From the NCBI GenBank assembly GCA_030390025.1, contig JASTWF010000036.1, positions 2,170,001 through 2,234,000 of the forward strand: DNA of 64,000 nt, read 5' to 3'. The stretch is from Squalus acanthias (taxonomy: Eukaryota). Position 1 is the stretch's first letter. Each line of letters starts with the position of its first letter. Below, in pieces: positions 11,801-23,800 of this stretch. A program made the position numbers and the translations under genes. The notes under the pieces are model-generated. The model searched no databases. It saw only the letters and a program-made list of their open reading frames with translations, and was not told where the DNA came from.

Positions 11801-14800
11801 GTTCAGTTCTGGAGCACTGTGTTCAGTTCTGGAGCACTCGTGTTCAGTTCTGGAGCACCTGTTCAGTTCTGGAGCACTGTGTTCAGTTCTGGAGCACTGT
11901 GTTCAGTTCTGGAGCACTGTGTTCAGTTCTGGAGCACTCTGTTCAGTTCTGGAGCACCTGTTCAGTTCTGGAGCACCGTGTTCAGTTCTGGAGCACTGTG
12001 TTCAGTTCTGGAGCACCGTGTTCAGTTCTGGAGCACCGTGTTCAGTTCTGGAGCACCGTGTTCAGTTCTGGAGCACCGTGTTCAGTTCTGGAGCACTGTG
12101 TTCAGTTCTGGAGCACTGTGTTCAGTTCTGGAGCACTGTGTTCAGTTCTGGAGCACTTGTTCAGTTCTGGAGCACTCGTGTTCAGTTCTGGAGCACCGTG
12201 TTCAGTTCTGGAGCACTGTGTTCAGTTCTGGAGCACTGTGTTCAGTTCTGGAGCACTGTGTTCAGTTCTGGAGCACTGTGTTCAGTTCTGGAGCACTCGT
12301 GTTCAGTTCTGGAGCACTGTGTTCAGTTCTGGAGCACCGTGTTCAGTTCTGGAGCACCGTGTTCAGTTCTGGAGCACTGTGTTCAGTTCTGGAGCACTGT
12401 GTTCAGTTCTGGAGCACTGTGTTCAGTTCTGGAGCACTGTGTTCAGTTCTGGAGCACCGTGTTCAGTTCTGGAGCACTGTGTTCAGTTCTGGAGCACTGT
12501 GTTCAGTTCTGGAGCACTCTGTTCAGTTCTGGAGCACCGTGTTCCGTTCTGGAGCACTCTGTTCAGTTCTGGAGCACCGTGTTCAGTTCTGGAGCACCGT
12601 GTTCAGTTCTGGAGCACCGTGTTCAGTTCTGGAGCACTGTGTTCAGTTCTGGAGCACTGTGTTCAGTTCTGGAGCACTGTGTTCAGTTCTGGAGCACCGT
12701 GTTCAGTTCTGGAGCACTGTGTTCAGTTCTGGAGCACTGTGTTCAGTTCTGGAGCACTGTGTTCAGTTCTGGAGCACGTGTTCAGTTCTGGAGCACTGTG
12801 TTCAGTTCTTGAGCACCGTGTTCAGTTCTGGAGCACCGTGTTCAGTTCTGGAGCACTCGTGTTCAGTTCTGGAGCACCGTGTTCAGTTCTGGAGCACTGT
12901 GTTCAGTTCTGGAGCACTGTGTTCAGTTCTGGAGCACTGTGTTCAGTTCTGGAGCACTGTGTTCAGTTCTGGAGCACCGTGTTCAGTTCTGGAGCACCGT
13001 GTTCAGTTCTGGAGCACTGTGTTCAGTTCTGGAGCACGTGTTCAGTTCTGGAGCACTGTGTTCATTTCTAGGAGCACTCTTGTTCAGTTCTGGAGCACTC
13101 GTGTTCAGTTCTGGAGCACCGTGTCAGTTCTGGAGCACTCTGTGTCAGTTCTGGAGCACTGTGTTCAGTTCTGGAGCACGTGTTCAGTTCTGGAGCAACC
13201 GTGTTCAGTTCTGGAGCACCGTGTTCAGTTCTGGACACGTGTTCAGTTCTGGAGCACAGTGTTCAGTTCTGGAGCACTATGTTCAGTTCTGGAGCACCTG
13301 TGTCAGTTTCCTGGAGCACCGTGTTCAGTTCTGGAGCACGGTTCAGTTCTGGAGCACCGTGTTCAGTTCTGAGATCAGTTCTTGAGCACCGTGTTCAGTT
13401 CTGGAGCACCGTGTTCAGTTCTGGAGCACTGTGTTCAGTTCTGGAGCACCGTGTTCAGTTCTGGAGCACTGTGTTCAGTTCTGGAGCACTGTGTTCAGTT
13501 CTGGAGCACTGTGTTCAGTTCTGGAGCACTGTGTTCAGTTCTGGAGCACCTGTGTTCAGTTCTGGAGCACTCTGTTCAGTTCTGGAGCACTGTGTTCAGT
13601 TCTGGAGCACCGTGTTCAGTTCTGGAGCACCTGTGTTCAGTTCTGGAGCACCGTGTTCAGTTCTGGAGCACCGTGTTCAGTTCTGGAGCACGTGTTCAGT
13701 TCTGGAGCACTGTGTTCAGTTCTGGAGCACCTGTGTTCAGTTCTGGAGCACCGTGTTCAGTCTGGAGCACGTGTTCAGTTCTGGAGCACCGTGTTCAGTT
13801 CTGGAGCACGTGTTTCTGGAGCACTTGTTCAGTTCTGGCGCACTGTGTTCAGTTCTGGAGCACCGTGTTCAGTTCTGGAGCACCTGTGTTCAGTTCTGGA
13901 GCACCGTGTTCAGTTCTGGAGCACTGTGTTCAGTTCTGGAGCACTCGTGTTCAGTTTGGAGCACCGTGTTCAGTTCTGGAGCACTGTGTTCAGTTCTGGA
14001 GCACTGTGTTCAGTTCTGAGCACTCTGTTCAGTTCTGGAGCACCGTGTTCAGTTCTGGAGCACTGTGTTCAGTTCTGGAGCACTGTGTTCCAGTTCTGGA
14101 GCACTCTGTTTCAGTTCTGGAGCACTGTGTCAGTTCTGGAGCATGTTCAGTTCTGAGCACTGTTTCAGTTCTGAGCACTGTGTTCAGTTCTGGAGCACTG
14201 TGTTCAGTTCTGGAGCACTGTGTTCAGTTCTGGAGCACTGTGTTCAGTTCTGGAGCACTCTGTTTCAGTTCTGGAGCACCGTGTTCAGTTCTGGAGCACT
14301 CTGTTCAGTTCTGGAGCACGTGTTCAGTCTGGAGCACCGTGTTCAGTTCTGGAGCACGTGTTCAGTTCTGGAGCACTGTGTTCAGTTCTGGAGCACTCGT
14401 GTTCAGTTCTGGAGCACGTGTTCAGTTTGGAGCACTGTGTTCAGTTCTGGAGCACTGCTGTTCAGTTCTGGAGGCACCGTGTTCAGTTCTGGAGCACTGT
14501 GTTCAGTTCTGGAGCACTGTGTTCAGTCTTAGCCCTGTGTTCATTTCTGGAGCACCGTGTTCAGTTCTGGAGCACTGTGTTCAGTTCTGGAGACACTATG
14601 TTCAGTTCTGGAGCACTGTGTTCAGTTCTGGAGCACTGTGTTCAGTTCTGGAGCACTGTGTTCAGTTCTGGAGCACTGTGTTCAGTTCTGGAGCACCGTG
14701 TTCAGTTCTGGAGCACTGTTCAGTTCTGGAGCACCGTGTTCAGTTCTGGAGCACGTGTTCAGTTCTGGAGCACTTGTTCAGTTCTGGAGCACGTGTTCAG

Positions 14801-17800
14801 TTCTGGAGCACTGTGTTCAGTTCTGGAGCACTTGTTCAGTTCTGGAGCACCGTGTTCAGTTCTGGAGCACCGTGTTCAGTTCTGGAGCACCGTGTTCAGT
14901 TCTGGAGCACCGTGTTCAGTTCTGGAGCACCGTGTTCAGTTCTGGAGCACCGTGTTCAGTTCTGGAGCACTGTGTTCAGTTCTGGAGCACTGTGTTCAGT
15001 TCTGGAGCACTGTGTTCAGTTCTGGAGCACTCGTGTTCAGTTCTGGAGCACGTGTTCAGTTCTGGAGCACTGTGTTCAGTTCTGGAGCACGTGTTCAGTT
15101 CTGGAGCACTGTGTTCAGTTCTGGAGCACTGTGTTCATTTCTGGAGAACTATGTTCAGTTCTGGAGCACTCGTGTTCAGTTCTGGAGCACTGTGTTCAGT
15201 TCTGGAGCACCGTGTTCAGTTCTGGAGCACCGTGTTCAGTTCTGGAGCACTGTGTTCAGTTCTGGAGCACGTGTTCAGTTCTGGAGCACCGTGTTCAGTT
15301 CTGGAGCACTGTGTTCAGTTCTGGAGCACCTGTGTCAGTTCTGGAGCACCGTGTTCAGTTCTGGAGCACCGTGTTCAGTTCTGGAGCACCGTGTTCAGTT
15401 CTGGAGCATTGTGTTCAGTTCTGGAGCACCGTGTTCAGTTCTGGAGCACCTTGTTCAGTTCTGGAGCACCGTGTTCAGTTCTGGAGCACCGTGTTCATTT
15501 CTGGAGCACCTGTGTTTCAGTTCAGGAGCACTGTGTTCAGTTCTGGAGCACTGTGTTCAGTTCTGGAGCACTCTGTTCAGTTCTGGAGCACCGTGTTCAG
15601 TTCTGGAGCACTGTGTTCAGTTCTGGAGCACTCGTGTTCAGTTCTGGAGCACTTGTTCAGTTCTGGAGCACCGTGTTCAGTTCTGGAGCACCGTGTTCAG
15701 TTCTGTAGCACTGTGTTCAGTTCTTGAGCACCGTGTTCAGTTTTGGAGCACTGTGTTCAGTTCTGGAGCACTCTGTTCAGTTCTGGAGCACTGTGTTCAG
15801 TTCTGGAGCACTATGTTCAGTTCTGGAGCACCGTGTTCAGTTCTGGAGCACTGTGTTCAGTTCTGGAGCACCGTGTTCAGTTCTGGAGCACTGTGTTCAG
15901 TTCTGGAGCACCGTGTTCAGTTCTGGAGCACCGTGTTCAGTTCTGGAGCACTGTGTTCAGTTCTGGAGCACCGTGTTCAGTTCTGGAGCACTGTGTTCAG
16001 TTCTGGAGCACCGTGTTCAGTTCTGGAGCACCGTGTTCAGTTCTGGAGCACCGTGTTCAGTTCTGGAGCACTGTGTTCAGTTCTGGAGCACCGTGTTCAG
16101 TTCTGGAGCACCGTGTTCAGTTCTGGAGCACTGTGTTCAGTTCTGGAGCACTGTGTTCAGTTCTGGAGCATTGTGTTCAGTTCTGGAGCACCGTGTTCAG
16201 TTCTGGAGCACTGTGTTCAGTTCTGGAGCACTGTGTTCAGTTCTGGAGCACTGTGTTCAGTTCTGGAGCACCGTGTTCAGTTCTGGAGCACTGTGTTCAG
16301 TTCTGGAACATTCTGTTCAGTTCTGGAGCACTGTGTTCAGTTCTGGATCACCGTGTTCAGTTCTGGAGCACCGTGTTCAGTTCTGGAGCACTGTGTTCAG
16401 TTCTGGAGCACTGTGTTCAGTTCTGGAGCACTGTGTTCAGTTCTGGAGCACTGTGTTCAGTTCTGGAGCACTGTGTTCAGTTCTGGAGCACTCTGTTCAG
16501 TTCTGGAGCACTGTGTTCAGTTCTGGAGCACCGTGTTCAGTTCTGGAGCACTCTGTTCAGTTCTGGAGCACTGTGTTCAGTTCTGGAGCACCGTGTTCAG
16601 TTCTGGAGCACCGTGTTCAGTTCTGGAGCACCGTGTTCAGTTCTGGAGCACTGTGTTCAGTTCTGGAGCACCGTGTTCAGTTCTGGAGCACTCTGTTCAG
16701 TTCTGGAGCACTGTGTTCAGTTCTGGAGCACCGTGTTCAGTTCTGGAGCACCGTGTTCAGTTCTGGAGCACTGTGTTCAGTTCTGGAGCACCGTGTTCAG
16801 TTCTGGAGCACCGTGTTCAGTTCTGGAGCACTGTGTTCAGTTCTGGAGCACTGTGTTCAGTTCTGGAGCACCGTGTTCAGTTCTGGAGCACCGTGTTCAG
16901 TTCTGGAGCACCGTGTTCAGTTCTGGGAGCACTGTGTTCAGTTCTGGAGCACGATGTTCAGTTCTGGAGCACTGTGTTCAGTTCTGGAGCACCGTGTTCA
17001 GTTCTGGAGCACCGTGTTCAGTTCTGGAGCACTGTGTTCAGTTCTGGAGCACTCTGTTCAGTTCTGGAGCACCGTGTACAGTTCTGGAGTCACTGTGTTC
17101 AGTTCTGGAGCACCGTGTTCAGTTCTGGAGCACCGTGTTCAGTCTGGAGCACCGTGTTCAGTTCTGGAGCACTCGTGTTCAGTTCTGAGCACCGTGTTCA
17201 GTTCTGGAGCACCGTGTTCAGTTCTGGAGCACTGTGTTCAGTTCTGGAGCACCTGTGTTCAGTTCTGGAGCACCGTGTTCAGTTCTGGAGCACCGTGTTC
17301 AGTTCTGGAGCACTGTGTTCAGTTCTGGAGCACTTGTTCAGTTCTGGAGCACAGTGTTCAGTTCTGGAGCACTCGTGTTCAGTTCTGGAGCACTGTGTTC
17401 AGTTCTGGAGCACCGTGTTCAGTTCTGGAGCACTGTGTTCAGTTCTGGAGCACTGTGTTCAGTTCTGGAGCACTGTGTTCAGTTCTGGAGCACTGTGTTC
17501 AGTTCTGGAGCACTGTGTTCAGTTCTGGAGCACTGTGTTCAGTTCTGGAGCACTGTGTTCAGTTCTGGAGCACTGTGTTCAGTTCTGGAGCACCGTGTTC
17601 AGTTCTGGAGCACCTGTGTTCAGTTCTGGAGCACTGTGTTCAGTTCTGGAGCACCTGTGTTCAGTTCTGGAGCACCGTGTTCAGTTCTGGAGCACTGTGT
17701 TCAGTTCTGGAGCACCGTGTTCAGTTCTGGAGCACCGTGTTCAGTTCTGGAGCACTGTGTTCAGTTCTGGAGCACAGTGTTCAGTTCTGGAGCACTGTGT

Positions 17801-20800
17801 TCAGTTCTGGAGCACTGTGTTCAGTTCTGGAGCACCGTGTTCAGTTCTGGAGCACTGTGTTCAGTTCTGGAGCACTCTGTTCAGTTCTGGAGCACTGTGT
17901 TCAGTTCTGGAGCACTGTGTTCAGTTCTGGAGCACTCTGTTCAGTTCTGGAGCACTGTGTTCAGTTCTGGAGCACCGTGTTCAGTTCTGGAGCACCGTGT
18001 TCAGTTCTGGAGCACGTGTTCAGTTCTGGAGCACCGTGTTCAGTTCTGGAGCACTGTGTTCAGTTCTGGAGCACCGTGTTCAGTTCTGGAGCACTGTGTT
18101 CAGTTCTGGAGCACTGTGTTCAGTTCTGGAGCACCGTGTTCAGTTCTGGAGCACCGTGTTCAGTTCTGGAGCACGTGTTCAGTTCTGGAGCACTGTGTTC
18201 AGTTCTGGAGCACCGTGTTCAGTTCTGGAGCACTGTGTTCAGTTCTGGAGCACTGTGTTCAGTTCTGGAGCACCGTGTTCAGTTCTGGAGCACTGTGTTC
18301 AGTTCTGGAGCACCGTGTTCAGTTCTGGAGCACTGTGTTCAGTTCTGGAGCACCGTGTTCAGTTCTGGAGCACCTGTGTTCAGTTCTGGAGCACGTGTTC
18401 AGTTCTGGAGCACCGTGTTCAGTTCTGGAGCACTGTGTTCAGTTCTGGAGCACTGTGTTCAGTTCTGGAGCACCGTGTTCAGTTCTGGAGCACCGTGTTC
18501 AGTTCTGGAGCACTCTGTTCAGTTCTGGAGCACTGTGTTCAGTTCTGGAGCACTGTGTTCAGTTCTGGAGCACCTGTGTTCAGTTCTGGAGCACCGTGTT
18601 CAGTTCTGGAGCACTGTGTTCAGTTCTGGAGCACGTGTTCAGTTCTGGAGCACTGTGTTCAGTTCTGGAGCACTGTGTTCAGTTCTGGAGCACCTGTGTT
18701 CAGTTCTGGAGCACTGTGTTCAGTTCTGGAGCACCGTGTTCAGTTCTGGAGCACCGTGTTCAGTTCTGGAGCACTGTGTTCAGTTCTGGAGCACCGTGTT
18801 CAGTTCTGGAGCACCGTGTTCAGTTCTGGAGCACCGTGTTCAGTTCTGGAGCACTGTGTTCAGTTCTGGAGCACTGTGTTCAGTTCTGGAGCACTATGTT
18901 CAGTTCTGGAGCACTCTGTTCAGTTCTGGAGCACTGTGTTCAGTTCTGGAGCACTCTGTTCAGTTCTGGAGCACTATGTTCAGTTCTGGAGCACCGTGTT
19001 CAGTTCTGGAGCACCGTGTTCAGTTCTGGAGCACTGTGTTCAGTTCTGGAGCACTGTGTTCAGTTCTGGAGCACTGTGTTCAGTTCTGGAGCACTGTGTT
19101 CAGTTCTGGAGCACTGTGTTCAGTTCTGGAGACATCTGTTCAGTTCTGGAGCACTGTGTTCAGTTCTGGAGCACCGTGTTCAGTTCTGGAGCACCGTGTT
19201 CAGTTCTGGAGCACCGTGTTCAGTTCTGGAGCACTGTGTTCAGTTCTGGAGCACTGTGTTCAGTTCTGGAGCACTGTGTTCAGTTCTGGAGCACTGTGTT
19301 CAGTTCTGGAGCACCGTGTTCAGTTCTGGAGCACCGTGTTCAGTTCTGGAGCACTGTGTTCAGTTCTGGAGGCACTCGTGTTCAGTTCCTGGAGCCACCT
19401 TGTTCAGTTCTGAGCACTGTGTTCAGTTCTGGAGCACTGTGTTCAGTTCTGGAGCACTAGTGTTCAGTTCTGGAGCACCGTGTTCAGTTCTGGAGCACTC
19501 TGTTCAGTTCTGGAGCACTGTGTTCAGTTCTGGAGCACCTGTGTTCAGTTCTGGAGCACTGCTGTTCAGTTCTGGAGCACCCGTGTTCAGTTCTGGAGCA
19601 CTCTGTTCAGTTCTGGAGCACTCTGTCAGTTCTGGAGCACCGTGTTCAGTTCTGGAGCACCGTGTTCAGTTCTGGAGCACCTTGTTCAGTTCTGGAGCAC
19701 GTGTTCAGTTCTGGAGCACCGTGTTCAGTTTCTGGAGCACCGTGTTCAGTTCTGGAGCACTCGTGTTCAGTTCTGGAGCACTGTGTTCAGTTCTGGAGCA
19801 CTCTGTTCAGTTCTGGAGCACTGTGTTCAGTTCTGGAGCACCGTGTTCAGTTCTGGAGCACTCGTGTTCAGTTCTGGAGCACTCTGTTCAGTTCTGGAGC
19901 ACGTGTTCAGTTCTGGAGCACTCTGTTCAGTTCTGGAGCACAGTGTTCAGTTCTGGAGCACTGTGTTCAGTTCTGGAGCACCGTGTTCAGTTCTGGAGCA
20001 CCTGTGTTCAGTTCTGGAGCACTGTGTTCAGTTCTGGAGCACCTGTGTTCAGTTCTGGAGCACTGTGTTCAGTTCTGGAGCACCGTGTTCAGTTCTGGAG
20101 CACTGTGTTCAGTTTCTGGTGCACCGTGTTCAGTTCTGGAGCACTCGTGTTCAGTTCTGGAGCACTGTGTTCAGTTCTGGAGCACCGTGTTCAGTTCTGG
20201 AGCCCGTGTTCAGTTCTGGAGCACTGTGTTCAGTTCTGGAGCACTGTGTTCAGTTCTGGAGCACCGTGTTCAGTTCTGGAGCACCGTGTTCAGTTCTGGA
20301 GCACGTGTTCAGTTCTGGAGCACCGTGTTCAGTTCTGGAGCACCGTGTTCAGTTCTGGAGCACTCGTGTTCAGTTCTGGAGCACTGTGTTCAGTTCTGGA
20401 GCACTCGTGTTCAGTTCTGGAGCACTGTGTTCAGTTCTGGAGCACCGTGTTCAGTTCTGGAGCACCTGTGTTCAGTTCTGGAGCACTGTGTTCAGTTCTG
20501 GAGCACTGTGTTCAGTTCTGGAGCACTCTGTTCAGTTCTGGAGCACTGTGTTCAGTTCTGGAGCACTCTGTTCAGTTCTGGAGCACCGTGTTCAGTTCTG
20601 GAGCACCGTGTTCAGTTCTGGAGCACTGTGTTCAGTTCTGGAGCACCGTGTTCAGTTCTGGAGCACCGTGTTCAGTTCTGGAGCACCGTGTTCAGTTCTG
20701 GAGCACTGTGTTCAGTTCTGGAGCACTGTGTTCAGTTCTGGAGCACTATGTTCAGTTCTGGAGCACCGTGTTCAGTTCTGGAGCACTCTGTTCAGTTCTG

Positions 20801-23800
20801 GAGCACTGTGTTCAGTTCTGGAGCACCGTGTTCAGTTCTGGAGCACTCTGTTCAGTTCTGGAGCACCGTGTTCAGTTCTGGAGCACTGTGTTCAGTTCTG
20901 GAGCACTGTGTTCAGTTCTGGAGCACTGTGTTCAGTTCTGGAGCACTGTGTTCAGTTCTGGAGCACTGTGTTCAGTTCTGGAGCACCGTGTTCAGTTCTG
21001 GAGCACCGTGTTCAGTTCTGGAGCACTGTGTTCAGTTCTGGAGCACTGTGTTCAGTTCTGGAGCACCGTGTTCAGTTCTGGAGCACTGTGTTCAGTTCTG
21101 GAGCACTGTGTTCAGTTCTGGAGCACCGTGTTCAGTTCTGGAGCACTGTGTTCAGTTCTGGAGCACCGTGTTCAGTTCTGGAGCACCGTGTTCAGTTCTG
21201 GAGCACTGTGTTCAGTTCTGGAGCACTGTGTTCAGTTCTGGAGCACTGTGTTCAGTTCTGGAGCACTGTGTTCAGTTCTGGAGCACTATGTTCAGTTCTG
21301 GAACACTCTGTTCAGTTCTGGAGCACTGTGTTCAGTTCTGGAGCACTCTGTTCAGTTCTGGAGCACTATGTTCAGTTCTGGAGCACCGTGTTCAGTTCTT
21401 GAGCACCGTGTTCAGTTCTGGAGCACTGTGTTCAGTTCTGGAGCACTGTGTTCAGTTCTGGAGCACTGTGTTCAGTTCTGGAGCATTGTGTTCCGTTCTG
21501 GAGCACTGTGTTCAGTTCTGGAGCACTCTGTTCAGTTCTGGAGCACTGTGTTCAGTTCTGGAGCACCGTGTTCAGTTCTGGAGCACCGTGTTCAGTTCTG
21601 GAGCACCGTGTTCAGTTCTGGAGCACTGTGTTCAGTTCTGGAGCACTGTGTTCAGTTCTGGAGCACGGTGTTCAGTTCTGGAGCACCTTGTTCAGTTCTG
21701 GAGCACCGTGTTCAGTTCTGGAGCACCGTGTTCAGTTCTGGAGCACCGTGTTCAGTTCTGGAGCACTGTGTTCAGTTCTGGAGCACTGTGTTCAGTTCTG
21801 GAGCACTCTGTTCAGTTCTGGAGCACCGTGTTCAGTTCTGGAGCACTCTGTTCAGTTCTGGAGCACTGTGTTCAGTTCTGGAGCACCGTGTTCAGTTCTG
21901 GAGCATTCTGTTCAGTTCTGGAGCACCGTGTTCAGTTCTGGAGCACTGTGTTCAGTTCTGGAGCACTGTGTTCAGTTCTGGAGCACTGTGTTCAGTTCTG
22001 GAGCACTCTGTTCAGTTCTGGAGCACTGTGTTCAGTTCTGTAGCACCGTGTTCAGTTCTGGAGCACCGTGTTCAGTTCTGGAGCACCGTGTTCAGTTCTG
22101 GAGCACCGTGTTCAGTTCTGGAGCACTGTGTTCAGTTCTGGAGCACTCTGTTCAGTTCTGGAGCACTCTGTTCAGTTCTGGAGCACTATGTTCAGTTCTG
22201 GAGCACCGTGTTCAGTTCTGGAGCACCGTGTTCAGTTCTGGAGCACCGTGTTCAGTTCTGGAGCACTATGTTCAGTTCTGGAGCACTCTGTTCAGTTCTG
22301 GAGCACTGTGTTCAGTTCTGGAGCACTGTGTTCAGTTCTGGAGCACTGTGTTCAGTTCTGGAGCATTGTGTTCAGTTCTGGAGCACCGTGTTCAGTTCTG
22401 GAGCACCGTGTTCAGTTCTGGAGCACTGTGTTCAGTTCTGGAGCACTCTGTTCAGTTCTGGAGCACTGTGTTCAGTTCTGGAGCACTCTGTTCAGTTCTG
22501 GAGCACTATGTTCAGTTCTGGAGCACCGTGTTCAGTTCTGGAGCACCGTGTTCAGTTCTGGAGCACTGTGTTCAGTTCTGGAGCACTGTGTTCAGTTCTG
22601 GAGCACTGTGTTCAGTTCTGGAGCACTGTGTTCCGTTCTGGAGCACTATGTTCAGTTCTGGAACATTCTGTTCAGTTCTGGAGCACCGTGTTCAGTTCTG
22701 GAGCACCGTGTTCAGTTCTGGAGGACCGTGTTCAGTTCTGGAGCACCGTGTTCAGTTCTGGAGCACTGTGTTCAGTTCTGGAGCACTGTGTTCAGTTCTG
22801 GAGCACTGTGTTCAGTTCTGGAGCACTCTGTTCAGTTCTGGAGCACCGTGTTCAGTTCTGGAGCACTCTGTTCAGTTCTGGAGCACCGTGTTCAGTTCTG
22901 GAGCACCGTGTTCAGTTCTGGAGCACTGTGTTCAGTTCTGGAGCACCGTGTTCAGTTCTGGAGCACCGTGTTCAGTTCTGGAGCACCGTGTTCAGTTCTG
23001 GAGCACCGTGTTCAGTTCTGGAGCACTCTGTTCAGTTCTGGAGCACTGTGTTCAGTTCTGGAGCACTCTGTTCAGTTCTGGAGCACCGTGTTCAGTTCTG
23101 GAGCACTGTGTTCAGTTCTGGAGCACTGTGTTCAGTTCTGGAGCACTGTGTTCAGTTCTGGAGCACTCTGTTCAGTTCTGGAGCACCGTGTTCAGTTCTG
23201 GAGCACTGTGTTCAGTTCTGGAGCACTGTGTTCAGTTCTGGAGCACTATGTTCAGTTCTGGAGCACCGTGTTCAGTTCTGGAGCACCGTGTTCAGTTCTG
23301 GAGCACCGTGTTCAGTTCTGGAGCATCGTGTTCAGTTCTGGAGCACCGTGTTCAGTTCTGGAGCACTGTGTTCAGTTCTGGAGCACTGTGTTCAGTTCTG
23401 GAGCACTGTGTTCAGTTCTGGAGCACTGTGTTCAGTTCTGGAGCACCGTGTTCAGTTCTGGAGCACTCTGTTCAGTTCTGGAGCACCGTGTTCAGTTCTG
23501 GAGCATCGTGTTCAGTTCTGGAGCACTGTGTTCAGTTCTGGAGCACTGTGTTCAGTTCTGGAGCACTGTGTTCAGTTCTGGAGCACTGTGTTCAGTTCTG
23601 GAGCACTGTGTTCAGTTCTGGAGCACTATGTTCAGTTCTGGAGCACTGTGTTCAGTTCTGGAGCACCGTGTTCAGTTCTGGAGCACTCTGTTCAGTTCTG
23701 GAGCACCGTGTTCAGTTCTGGAGCACTGTGTTCAGTTCTGGAGCACCGTGTTCAGTTCTGGAGCACCGTGTTCAGTTCTGGAGCATTCTGTTCAGTTCTG

